A program made the position numbers and the translations under genes. From assembly GCF_009914755.1 (NCBI RefSeq), contig NC_060926.1: a stretch of DNA of 64,000 nucleotides; one strand, written 5' to 3'. Every line of letters begins with the position of its first letter. Within the stretch, counting starts at the first letter, position 1. The notes below the pieces were generated by a model, which was given only the letters and a program-made list of their open reading frames with translations, was not told the origin of the DNA and ran no database searches. This document shows, in pieces, positions 28,500-40,807 of the stretch. This stretch comes from the human T2T-CHM13v2.0 reference genome, Homo sapiens.

Positions 28500-28950
28500 A
28501 GACAACAGTAGGAGGCAGGAGGAAATGAGATGCATTCCAGAAGAAGAAACAACATGTGTAAAACCCCCATAGTAGAGACAGCAAGACCTACTGAAGAAAC
28601 TGACAGAAGGGCAGGTACATGGGACAGGTAGTATGAGATAAGGCTAGGGAGGGTAGACAGGATTCTTGCATGCTGGGAATTTCAGGCCATATTGAAGAGT
28701 TTCATTTCTATTTTTATCTCAAAAGAAATGGAATTCCATTAAAGTGCTTTAAGGTGGGTAAAGGGAAATGGATTTTAGATACTTAGGTGTGATTTCAAAA
28801 AGATAGTCTTGTGCAATATGGGGAATGAATTGGAGAAGAGACTGTAGAAGCAGACTGCTGTAGTTCAAGTGAGATATTACGGAAGCTTGAAAAAAAGTGT
28901 TGGCCTTGGAGCTGCAGAGAATTGGATCAATTTGAGAGATATTTTCTAAA
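28500..28950 (-). mobile_element. L2 LINE fragment
   Basis: Purine-rich reverse L2 hallmarks: GCATTCCAGAAGAAGAAACAACATGTGTAAAA, GAGATAAGGCTAG, CAGGCCATATTGAAGAGTTT, GTAGTTCAAGTGAGATA. Confidence 0.7.
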
Positions 28951-29272
28951 GCAAAGACTTATCTATTCATTAATCCACTGATGAATAACAAATATTCTGA
29001 CATTTCAAATATAAAATTAACATAAAATTTTCTTTTGGATGTGCTTTTGAGTCACTGTTAGTTTGCTTGATAGAGTAGTGACAAGAAGGAAAGAGAGATG
29101 GAAGCATTTGACAAATCACTAACGACAGGCAGCATTTGTTGCAGATGAGTTTTTGAACAAGGATTGAGGCAGAGTTGCAGGTTGCTGACATTGACCAGAA
29201 AAAAAAAATGTTTACCAGAATGTAGGAAGGATGTGATTGCTTTATTATTTTCGAATAATTATGTGTGTATAA

Positions 29273-29275
<3 letters not shown>

Positions 29276-29315
<40 letters not shown>
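29276..29315. repeat. (TG)n microsatellite, about 20 units
   Basis: Uninterrupted TG run. Confidence 0.95.
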
Positions 29316-29317
<2 letters not shown>

Positions 29318-29949
29318 TGTCTGAGAGGATATAGTGTTGTCATTAGTAGAACCTTTAGTCAGTCACAGAGATATAAAACAGGCTCCAGTTTCATGTAATT
29401 GAAGAAGGTGAAGCTGGGAAAGTTGTGTTTCTGTCATAAGCACAGCATTACTTGTCTCAAAGGAACTTGACATAGGACTGCAGCTACCAGCTTCCTTCAT
29501 CTCCACCACAAGCACTTTGAATCATCATTGAAAATAAATATTCAAGAACTCACAAATGTATTTTTTTTAGAAAGAGAAATCTTGAAAATTTTACCCCATA
29601 TGCAGAAGATACTTTTATTCCAGTTTATAATACCTCCATGCATGAGGCTTCTTTGGCATTTCTAGAGTGTTCCCTACACACGTCAAGAGAAACAAAACAA
29701 AATGAAACCAAAGCACACAGTTTGGGTTTAGAGGGTTGAGTTTATTGCATTAGGGGAATGGCAATGAACATAAGAGATATTATATTTAAACTGGCATGCT
29801 TCTTGTTTGGAGTATTTTAAGAACCCTATGTCTACAGAGTTAAGAAAAAAAAAACTGCACATAGATATCTGAGATCCCAAGCCTTTAAAAATGGTCTTTT
29901 AAAGAATTCTGTGATAACCTTTTATAAAACAGCATGTTAGCACCACCAA

Positions 29950-30610
29950 GGATTGCTTATTATTCACAAAAGTAAAAAGGTATCTTTGTAATTGGGAAAT
30001 TAGGCAGATACCATCTTAATTAAACGGTCACTCAACCTCCCCAATAGTGGGACCAACTGACATTGATTCCTTTCATTGATGGACTGAGAACACATCATCT
30101 AACTAGTAGTTCAGCCAAAAATGTTTAACTAGACTCTAAACATGAGGAAACAATCTAATGAATCCAAATCGAGAGATCTTGGGGCCTTAAAATAGCAGTT
30201 TATTAATTTTAAAATACTGGAGAACCAATACATGCAACATGCGGCCCTTGGTTGCATCCTGAAAAAAAGCAAAATGAAAACACAAAGAAACAACAAAACA
30301 AGTTACAGAGAACATTATTACAGTAATGGGGGGAAACTGAGAGTGGAATGCACATGAGATAGCAGAATTGGATCAATGTTAAATTTCCTGAATATTTTAG
30401 TGTATGTGGTTATATAGACGAATATTCTTGTTCTTTGGCAATACATGCTCAGGTATTTTAGGAGGAAGCAAGAGACTGAAGGGGAGGTTGATATGGCAAC
30501 ATGGTAACAATTAAATAAACTTGCTGAAGAGTTTACATATGTCTGTTGTACCATTCTTTCAACTTCCCCGAGGGTTTCATTTTTCTTGAATAATAACTTG
30601 GGAAAATAAA
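29950..30610 (+). mobile_element. Ancient L1 (L1ME/L1MC-type) 3'UTR fragment
   Basis: AAACATGAGGAAACAATC...ATGCAACATGCGGCCCTTGGTTGCATCCTG...ATCAATGTTAAATTTCCTGA...TGTACCATTCTTTCAACTT. Confidence 0.7.
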
Positions 30611-33579
30611 ATTATTAAAAATTAAAAATCCATTATGTGTTTAGTGCATGCTTGTTTTGAAATAAAAATCAGTGCTAGGCGATTTCATATAGTTTTAGGT
30701 GCCTTGTTTAGTTTCAAAACAAACCTGAAAGTTACATGATCATTTCATCATAGATGAAGAATAGAAACTCAAAGTAACAGGAGCGATAAGTCAGTTCCTC
30801 ATTTCCTGACTCCAATGCCATCGATGGGCATGCTTTTCAGAAGGAAGGCTACTGTTTGGCAACTATCCTCAAAAGCACTTCTTCAACCTCTCTCAAGACC
30901 CACATGAGAGAAATTATCATTCTAGAACTGGGCATCTGAAAACCAGAGAATGCCCTCAGAGAAAGAAAATTGTTTCTTTCTGTGTCTTCATCTAATCCCT
31001 AGTCCATAATTTTTACTATTTTTAAAGCAGTATTCCTTAAAGCCCTTCTTACATAAACAATAAATACCTGTCTCTCAACATTTGCCTTGGTTCCTCCACA
31101 GAATCCTTACTAGCAATTTTCCTTGAAGTCATCAACTTCAAGTTTCCTAGTGAGCTTATCTACTAAAATATCAAACAACTTTTTCCAGTTTAAACTTCAC
31201 TGTGGCCTATCTAATTGATTTTTCAAATGCAGCTAACAGCTACGTAACCTCTGGTGTACACCCTGCAGTTATTATTGTGTTATCCTTATAGGCCTTCCCT
31301 AGGGGGCTGCTCCAACTGCTGCTAACATTAGACCCCACCATTCTCTTTCCCAAGTATCTGCTACACAGAGCCACTGGCACTGCAGACATCAGCACTGTGC
31401 AGCTTCTGTCAGAAAGCCTCGTTCCTTTCTTCTTGCCATTTTGTAAATTTTGCTATAAACTTGGAGTATGTACAATTACCATTTTTTTAAAAAAAACTTC
31501 CAGCATGATACTGGTATGTGTACATGTGTTTCTTTTTTTGTTAGGACTCATTTTGAGATAAGTTTCTGAAATATAAGACAGAACACAAGTCATTTTGATA
31601 ATTTCTTTTTTTCTCCCTGTTTTCAGTGGAGGATTCAGCTTGACTATAACATAATTTTAGAATTCAAGGATATCTACATTTATCTGAAGCCCAGGTCAAA
31701 CGCGCTCATTAAAAGTGAATTTGGATAAGCTGAGATGTGAGTGTGGAGAGAGAGGACATCTTAAAGGAAAGAGAATAGGGCTAGCTCAAAAACAATGGCT
31801 TTGTCAGTGAAGAGTGATTCAGAGCAGAACAATGATGTGGGTCACATGTATCTCTGCTGGCCCATCTCTTGTGAACTCAGGCCTGGTTCTTGAGGGAGAG
31901 GGTACAATAAATGAATGAAACTTTTTTCTCTATAATTTTCATAGACACTGAGAACACTTAATCAGTATCTCACCACAGGTGGAAGTGACAGAGGCTAAAG
32001 CAAGCTTGGCAATGGCAAATGACTGAGACAGAGGTGATGGCAATAGTATCATTGCCTGCTGCAGCCATGCTTGTGATTGCAATGATCTCTCCGGGGCTTG
32101 GGCTATAGAAAATGTGTACCATTGGCACAATTCTGGCCTTAGGTAATAGCAACCTTCATTTGGCTTCTTCAGGCCTAAGTAGAAACCATTGTAGGGATTG
32201 GTGAAATCTCTTTAGTTATTGACAATTAGTGGGGCAGTATCACAATGAGTCAGAAGAGGAAAAAAGACAAAAATATTACATTCCACATGCTAGCATAAAA
32301 AGCTAATTCCTAGAGCATGTACATACAAGGTCCCTGTGGAAAGTCAACCAATTAATTTAGAGGTAATTAGAACTTCTAGAGTTCCTATATACTGGATGTA
32401 GGGGAGAAAGGCAGAGAAACAAAATGGTTGGCTCCAACTCTCATCCTATTATTACTTCAAGTTGGAATACCCATAGGTAGGAATGCTAAGCTTTTTCTTT
32501 TTAAAAGAAAAGAAAAATAAGCCTATTTTTATGACACCATGTTGTCATAGCCTGCAATTTCTTCTTGACTAATAAACAATAGAAATGCTACCTTCCTCTG
32601 AAGAAGTTATTAGAAATAGCACAAATTAGAAACCAATCATCAAACATCTGAGATCCTAGAGATTTGGGGATAAAATGTAAAAAAATATAGAACTCAATAA
32701 GAGAAACTAAATTCATTGTCAACTGATAAATTTGGTTTAAGAAACACCAATTGCAGTGTCACCATGCTATTTATTAATATATTATAGTGAATAGACAATT
32801 GAGGTAGAGACATATGAAATGTCTACATCTGGGAAAAGATCAGTTGTTATTGAAACAATAATGATGGGTTAGCTCTGTTCTATAACTAATAAAATCCAAC
32901 TAGGCATTAACTCATATCAAGGGCCTCCTGGAGATGCAATGACTAGGTGCCTACGATCAACTTGCCAAAGACCACCAGAAACACCTGCTGATCAAACAAA
33001 GTTTAGTAGATCTAGAGCAGTAGGAAAGAATACTACCTTGACACAGAGGAAGTGTATTTAAATGGTTGTAGTTCCTAGTCTGGATGAATTAAGGTAGGTC
33101 TTGAAGACAGGGCTTGTGTAGGATGGACCTAAGGGCTTTGGATTGTAGGCACTAAGAGATGGGTTTTGATGAGCAAACTGTTGATCCTGAAAAGCAAGCT
33201 GTTTAGTTGGTTCACATTACTATCTCCTGGACAAGTATTAGCTGAAACAAGTAGCATTTGTTTTTCTATGATCCCAATAAGATAGAAACAAAAAAGTGAC
33301 AGAAAAATACATTTGATTTTAGGATTATTTAAACTGAGGATAGAAACATATTTGGGTTTTAGTTTTCATTGAAAACCTATGTTTGTAGTTTAAGACTCTG
33401 GGAAGGTATATATACCTTCAATTCTTTCTTAAGGGATATACATTCATTGACTCTCAATCTTCCCAATGTGGAGATGTAAACTAATTTTTAATTTAAACAA
33501 AATATTTTGTCCAATGAAAGACATAGTATTTTTATATTTTTAAGTTTTGCTATCAAAATTTCCCTCTGTCATTCCTATA

Positions 33580-33638
33580 TTAGGTTGGTGCACAAGTAAT
33601 GAATGGCAAAACCCGCAATTACTTTTGCACCGACCTTA
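33580..33638. mobile_element. MADE1 mariner MITE with internal deletion
   Basis: TIRs TTAGGTTGGTGCACAAGTAAT and ATTACTTTTGCACCGACCTTA, flanked by TA on both sides. Confidence 0.9.
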
Positions 33639-33654
33639 TATAAAAAGAAGTGTG

Positions 33655-33946
33655 GGAGGGGAGCAGTGGCTCACACCTGTATTCCCAGCACTTTGGGAGG
33701 CTGAGGCGGGCAGGTCACCTGAGGTCAGGAGTTCGTGACCAACTTGACCAACATGGAGAAACTGCGTCTCTACCAAAAATACAAAATTAGCCAGGCATGG
33801 TGGCACATGCCTGTAATCCCACCTACTCAGGAGATTGAGGCAGGAGAATCGCTTGAACCCAGTAGGCAGAGGTTGAGGTGAGCTGAAATCACGCACCATT
33901 GCACTCCAGCCTGGGCAACAAGAGCGAAACTCCGTCTCAAAAAAAA
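33655..33946 (+). mobile_element. AluSp-like
   Basis: Alu dimer, ACCAACATGGAGAAAC; AAGTGTG repeated at both flanks. Confidence 0.93.
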
Positions 33947-34184
33947 GTGTGTATACAGATGTGTGTCTTCAGTGTTTATATTTGTATTACATATGTAGTG
34001 GATATAAGATAATATGTATATATGTGTTTGTTAACTTGCAAATATAGCTTATGTTTTCAAATATTGGGCATATATAAATAGGGAGGCATTATTTTTTAAA
34101 AATAGATACGTTATTGGAATTTGTTTTTCTTACAATATGTCATAAAGTTTTCACATATATGTGCCTCTATGTGTCTATAATGCC

Positions 34185-34305
34185 TAAGATAGGGGGAAAT
34201 AATTCTTACTTGATAATTCTATTATTAGGATTAAAAGGGTTAGCATACATAAATTACTTGGAATAAGACCAGGCACATAATACATACCATATATGTGTTT
34301 AGTAA
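34185..34305 (+). mobile_element. MIR fragment
   Basis: AGGATTAAAAGGGTTAGCATACATAAATTACTTGGAATAAGACCAGGCACATAATA matches the MIR core/3' part. Confidence 0.6.
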
Positions 34306-34339
34306 ACACATTTATAGTTTTGTCATTATTATTGTTTTA

Positions 34340-35400
34340 TATTTTCTATAGAAACTTCAGTCAAAATTTTAGACTACAAAAAATTCTGTGACTATTTCAA
34401 TTGGAATATTATCTACACTTTTTAGATTAGTAATGTTAGTGAGAATTAACATACAAAACTACCTAGATTTTCTTATCTAGGAACATAATGTATTTTCCTC
34501 ATTTATTCTAGTCTTCTTTTACATTTTTAAGATATTTTATAGTTATTTTGATACATAATTTGCAAATTTTATATATTTAGCTATTGGGGTTTGTTATTTC
34601 TTTGTATATGGACCCACGTTTTTCTTAAACATTTTCTATGTGTACATTCCTGATGTATAAGAAAGCTATCAATTTTTATATTATCTCGTATCAGGTATCT
34701 TCTTGGACTTCCTTATTTCTTCTAGTTGTTTTTCTGTTAATTACCTCAGATTATCTAGGAAAATCATCATATCACCTAGAAATATGATGGTGCCATTTTT
34801 CTTTGCCTTTTTCTTGTCCTAATTTTTCTTCTTAATATTGTCATAAATTGAACTTCCAATCTAGTGCTCAAGAGAAGTAACAAAGGACTGAGTAACCTTT
34901 ACATTATTCACTGTCTTTTCTTCATTACTCTTCCTCCCCAAATTTAAGAATCTCATTAGGATATTTTCATTTGTCTTCCCCCATTTATTATCACTTATAT
35001 TTAATTCAAAAGCATTTTACTTTTAAAAAATTATTACTTTATCATTGTGCATCAAAAAAAATTAGTCATAGCTGTGTATTTACTCTTTTGTTTTTTCTTA
35101 ATTTTTCTCTTTTTCCCTATATCTTCTTTTTTGAATTAAAAAAATTGCTGGAATATCACCTTTAGAATTTATTTCTGGTACAGCATGCATAGGGAAGTTT
35201 TCTAAACCATTGCATTTCTGGAAATGTCTCTTTCTTGCCCTGTCATTTAATGCTAGTTTGACTGTATATAAGATCCTATGTTTAAAATCTTTTTTCCTTC
35301 TCGACTTGGAAGATGATATTTCCATTGAGAAGGCTGATGCCATTCTGATCTTTGCTTATTTATTCAGATTTCACCTCATGCTTATTTCCCCATATAAAAT
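34340..35400 (-). mobile_element. Highly decayed ancient L1 (L1M) fragments
   Basis: T-rich reverse-L1 pattern (TTCCTGATGTATAAGAAAGCTATCAATTTTTATA; GAGAAGGCTGATGCCATTCTGAT). Confidence 0.55.
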
Positions 35401-36165
35401 CTGAGAAATCAATAGGCATATTTGCACCATTCTTTGAGGATATGAAAAATTACCCTTGCCCCTCCCTGCTTTACTTTTCAACAGTAGGCATAACAAGAGA
35501 ACTGTATCAAAGTTCTTGAAAGTGTAAGGCAACTTAGAAGTGATGCTAAAGCAGAAGCTGGAGTTCTGGAAATCAGCTGTAAGCAATAAAAAGTGCTGAC
35601 TTATTTGAGTGAAAGAATGGAAAGAGTAGAGAGCCAAATGAGGAATGTCAGGACAATTCCACAGCTGGGGAGACAAGGGCTATTTCTTTGTGCCTGTTTT
35701 AACAGTTGATGATATTTTTTCTCCTCCCTCCTATGAATATAATAGCCACGTCTGCCTGACAAGGTAAAGAATCACCTGTAATTAGTGACATATTATGTTT
35801 GTTTCTCCAGCAGCTCATTTTCTCCAAAGTACTCATTTTTTTTTGCATTGTTTTATCAACAGCTCTAGGAAGCAATATAGAAGCTTTCAATCTCAAACTT
35901 GATGATTTATTTATGATACAAAAGTTTATTTTACTGTGACACTTTGAAGGCTTTTCTCATGTGGGTGGTATAATGATTTATGTTTTTAAATATTTCCTTG
36001 AAATATTAGAGATATCTATTGATTTACAGAACTATATACAGAATGCTACATTGGAATTTAAATATGATTAAATACTTTGTATTTGTCCATTTTTGCATTT
36101 TTATTGTTTTTGTTATACATTGATTATAAAAACAATAAAAAAAGATATAAACAAGAAGAAAATAA

Positions 36166-36504
<339 letters not shown>

Positions 36505-36875
36505 CTCTAAGCCTAATTGTACTGAGACTTGAAGACGGGAGACTTGTGTATCAGCAATGTTTCTTAAGACCGTGATTGAAATCATGTTTTTGTTTATGTT
36601 CTGTTTATTTCCCTAAATATAAGTTTAGTTTTGATTTAATAAGTCTTAAGATATAGTAGTATATAAAGGAAAGGGACTTTGAATCTCCCCTATTCTGAAT
36701 CCAATTTACAAGGAAACTATAGGGTATTTCTTTCCTAGAAGCATCTCTGCTTGGATGTCCTGGACCTGCTCGTGATTGAGTGTCTTTATGACCTTTCTTC
36801 TAACAGGGTGGTCCAAAGAGAGATAGCTTTGGAATTACCTGAGGGCTTGTTAGAACTGCAGAATGTGCGTCCCGC

Positions 36876-38429
36876 TGTGTCCGGAATTGGTGGGTTCTTG
36901 GTCTCACTGACTTTAAGAATGAAGCCGCAGACCCTCGCGGTGAGTGTTACAGCTCTTAAGGTGACGCGTCTGGAGTTTGTTCCTTCTGATGTTCGGATGT
37001 GTTCAGAGTTTCTTCCTTCTGGTGGGTTCGTGGTATCCCTGGCTCAGGAGTGAAGCTGCAGACCTTCGCGGTGAGTGTTACAGCTCTTAAGGCAGCATGT
37101 CTGGAGTTTCTTCCTCCTGGTGGGCTCGTGGTCTCGCTGGCTTCAGGGGTGAAGCTGCAGATCTTCGCAGTGAGTGTTACAGCTCATAAAAGCAGCGTGG
37201 ACCCAAAGAGTAAGCAGTAGCAAGATTTATTGCAAAGAGTGAAAGAACAAAGCTTCCACAGTGTTGAAGGGGACCCGATTGGGTTGCCAATGCTGGCTAG
37301 GGCAGCCTGCTTTTATTCTCTTATCTGGCCCCACCCACATCCTGCTGATTGGTAGAGCCAGTGGCCTGTTTTGACAGGGCGCTGATTGGTGCGTTTACAA
37401 TCCCTGAGGTAGACACAAAGGTTCTCCACGTCCCCATCAGATTAGTTAGATACAGAGTTTCCACACACAGGTTCTCCAAGGCCCCACCAGAGCAGCTAGA
37501 TACAGAGTGTCGATTGGTGCACTCACAAACCTTCAGCTAAACACAGGGTGCTGATTGGTGTGTTTACAAACTTTGAACTAGATACAGAGTGCGGATTGGT
37601 GTATTTACAATCCCTGAGCTAGACATAAAGGTTCTCCAAGGCCCCACCAGAGCAGCTAGATAGAGTGTCGATTGGTGCACTCACAAACCCTGAGCTAGAC
37701 ACAGGGTGCTGATTGGTGTATTTACAATCCCTGAGCTAGACATAAAGACTCTCCACGTCCCCACCAGACTCAGGAGGCCAGCTGGCTTCACCTAGTGGAT
37801 CCCGCACTGGGGCTGCAGGTGGAGCTGCCTGCCAGTCCCTCGCCGTGTGCTCGCACTCCTCAGCCCTCGGGTGGTCGATGGGACTGGGCACCGTGGAGCA
37901 GGGGGTGGTGCTCGTCGGGGAGGCTCAGGCCGCACAGGAGCCCATGGAGTGGGTGGGAAGCTCAGGCATGGCGGGCTGCAGGTCCCGAGCCCTGCCCCAT
38001 GGGAAGGCAGCTAAGGCTCGGTGAGAAATCGAGCACAGCACCGGTGGGCTGGCACTGCTGGGGGACCCAGTGCACACTCCGTAGCCACTGGCCCGGGTGC
38101 TAAGTCCCTCATTGCCCAGGGCCAGCAGGGCTGGCCGGCTGCTCCGAGTGCAGGGCTCGCCAAGCCCACTCCCACCCGGAACTCCAGCTAGTCCGCAAGC
38201 GCCGCACACACCCCCGGTTCCCGCTCACGCCTCTCCCTCCACACCTCCCTGCAAGCTGAGGGAGTGGGCTCCAGCCTTGGCCAGCCCAGAAAGGGGCTCC
38301 CACACTGCAGTGGTGGGCTGAAGGGTTCCTCAAATGCCGCCAAAATGGGAGCCCAGGCAGAGGAGGTGCCGAGAGCAAGCGAGGGCTCTGAGGACTGCCA
38401 GCACGTCTCAGAGTGCTGCCAGCACGTCA
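36876..38429 (-). mobile_element. Solo LTR12C (ERV9) LTR, 1554 bp
   Basis: TGTGTCCGGAATTGGTGGGTTCTTGG is the reverse of the LTR12 3' end; U5 repeats; tandem CCAAT units; GC-rich U3; 4-bp TSD CCGC at 36872-36875 and 38430-38433. Confidence 0.97.
37305..37720 (-). promoter_or_regulatory. LTR12C promoter/enhancer: TATA-like AATAAAA, GATA site and 7 upstream CCAAT (NF-Y) boxes
   Basis: TTTTATT at 37311-37317, CTTATCT at 37320-37326, GATTGG near 37347, 37384, 37512, 37553, 37594, 37670 and 37711. Confidence 0.8.
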
Positions 38430-38519
38430 CCGCCACAAAGCAACAGAATCATAATCTTCCATTTAACAATACCCCAATGTGATTTTCATACACATGAAAT
38501 TTGGAGGAATAGTTACTCA

Positions 38520-38772
38520 GCTACAGCTTCTGTCGGACTTTCCTGGCCGATGCTCTAGCTCTCTCCAAGCTCTTAAAACACTAGTCCCTCCTTTGCCGTT
38601 TCCAACTTAGTAATGGTAATGGTTGCCATCTTTCAGTACTCCCTCAGTTTATGTTCCCTCTTGTGGATCCCTTCAACTGTACTCACACCTCCACAAATAT
38701 CTCCTTCTGTAAAGTGTATTTAGAATCCCAGAGGTGTGTGCTTTTGGTTTCCTTCCAGAAACACAACTGATC
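38520..38772 (+). mobile_element. Old ERVL LTR 3' fragment (LTR33-like)
   Basis: TAGTAATGGTAATGGTTGCC...CCCTTCAACTGTACTCACACCTCC...TTTCCTTCCAGAAACACAACTGATCA. Confidence 0.4.
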
Positions 38773-40043
38773 ACCTCTTGATGTGTGTACCTGGGGATAT
38801 GCAGAGAGTTGGCAGGACACTGCCTCTATCTCATTCTTTTCTGAGGTCTTTCAATTCTGAATTCATAAAATTGCACTTCATCGATTCTGCCATACCTTGC
38901 CTCTCAAACGTAATCAAATTTGTCTGAACTCTTTTATGGTTTAAGTTAGTTTCTCTCCTGGTTTTTGTCATTTTCAAGTCAACATAGATTTACCACTTTT
39001 TCATCCAAATTCTGGCACGGTGTAAACATTCTCTTTCAGAGATAATTTTTCAGCAGATATGTCAAAATTTGTCGTGTATACTTTTTTGCTTTGATGAGAT
39101 GTTTTACTTAGTCCTCATAATGAACTCATGTTATACTTTTAAGGGTGAAAAAACTGAAAAAGGAGATTACATAACTTTTCCAAGATCACATAGTTGTAGA
39201 TGGCAAGCCCTTCTGATTCTAAAAGACTTTCTCTTAATAGCAATGGTATCAGACCCACCTGCATATATTTTTGCTCATTACTTCCAGGTAAACCTTTGCT
39301 GAGAAAGTCATCTAATTTTTTAGCAAAACATACACTAGACTCCTAATCATTTGGATAGTTTGAGCCACAATTAAATAGTCACACCCTGTTCACCAATCTC
39401 ACGTTCGTAGTCAGACAGCATTCTGCTAAAAGTTAGTTTCTCTCTTCAATGGACATCCACTCTGCTAAGGATGATAAAGCCAATTCTGTACAGCCATATA
39501 TGTGGCTTTACGTAAAATCTAATGTACCCTCAGAAATTGAGTCCTAGGCCTGTTCGTAGGAAATAGGGAAATTCTGGAATCTCATGATAACATCTTAACT
39601 GGTCTTTCCAACCATCTGCCTACTGTATCCTATTAGAGCACCACCTCCCTTCCAGTTGCTCCCAGGATCTTTGCACTTTCATTATCCTGAATGTCTTATG
39701 CCTTCCAAGGTAGGACTAGGTCACAGGACTCAGTCATAGTATTTACTGGGGCTAGGAGGAGTACTGTTTTCTTAGGATCAGAGAACACAGTCAGTGTCAT
39801 ATTTCATGAGCCTGCTAAACCATGAGTCATGCTAAACCATCTACCCCAAATGACAGGAGCTGTAATCAAGCACCATCAATGATTTCACCTAAGAAGACAT
39901 CTTGGAGGAGCCAAGACGGCCGAGTGGGAACAGCTCCGGTCTACAGCTCCCAGCGTGAGCGATGCAGAAGACGGGTGATTTCTGCATTTCCATCTGAGGT
40001 ACCGGGTTCATCTCACTAGGGAGTGCCAGACAGTGGGCGCAGG

Positions 40044-40352
40044 TCAGTGGGTGTGCGCACCGTGCGCAAGCCGAAGCAGGGCGAGGCATTGCCTCACTTG
40101 GGAAGCGCAGGGGGTCAGGGAGTTCCCTTTCTGAGTCAAAGAAAGGAGTGACGGACGGCACCTGGAAAATCGGGTCACTCCCACCCGAATACTGCGCTTT
40201 TCCGATGGGCTTAAAAAACGGTGCACCACAAGATTATATCCCGCACCTGGCTTGGAGGGTCCTACGCCCATGGAGTCTCGCTGATTGCTAGCACAGCAGT
40301 CTGAGATCAAGCTGCAGGGCGGCAGCGAGGCTGGGGGAGGGGCGCCCGCCAT
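40044..40352 (-). CDS. L1 antisense ORF0, open for 102 codons
   Basis: ATG at 40352 gives MAGAPPPASLPPCSLISDCCASNQRDS..., the primate L1 ORF0 N-terminus; expression unknown. Confidence 0.6.
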   Translation of the reverse strand: MAGAPPPASLPPCSLISDCCASNQRDSMGVGPSKPGAGYNLVVHRFLSPSEKRSIRVGVTRFSRCRPSLLSLTQKGNSLTPCASQVRQCLALLRLAHGAHTH

Positions 40353-40807
40353 TGCCCAGGCTTGATTAGGTAAACAAAGCAGCCGGGAAGCTGGAACTGG
40401 GTGGAGCCCACCACAGCTCAAGGAGGCCTGCCTGCCTCTGTAGGCTCCACCTCTGCCGGCAGGGCACAGACAAACAAAAACACAGCAGTAACCTCTGCAG
40501 ACTTAAATATCCCTGTCTGACAGCTTTGAAGAGAGCAGTGGTTCTCCCAGCACGCAGCTGGAGATCTGAGAACGGGCAGACTGCCTCCTCAAGTGGGTCC
40601 CTGACCCCTGACCCCTGAGCAGCCTAACTGGGAGACACCCCCCAGCAGAGGCACACTGACACCTCACACGGCAGGGTACTCCAACAGACCAGCAGCTGAG
40701 GGTCCTCTCTGTTAGAAGGAAAACTAACAAACAGAAAGGACATCCACACCAAAAACCCATCTGTACATCACCATCATCAAAGACCAAAAGTAGATAAAAC
40801 CACAAAG

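Larger units (their letters stand above)
36800..38510. mobile_element. MER5-type hAT fossil split by the LTR12C insertion
   Basis: GAATTACCTGAGGGCTTGTTAGAACTGCAGAAT on the left; CAGAATCATAATCTTCCATTTAACAATACCCCAATGTGATT on the right. Confidence 0.55.

Noticed and set aside
32900-33400. Possible old LTR fragment (also 32030-32180)
   Set aside because: Composition is suggestive but I could not assign a family, termini or TSD
36751-38558. Many 60-100 aa ORFs on both strands
   Set aside because: GC-rich LTR12C sequence; no coding signature
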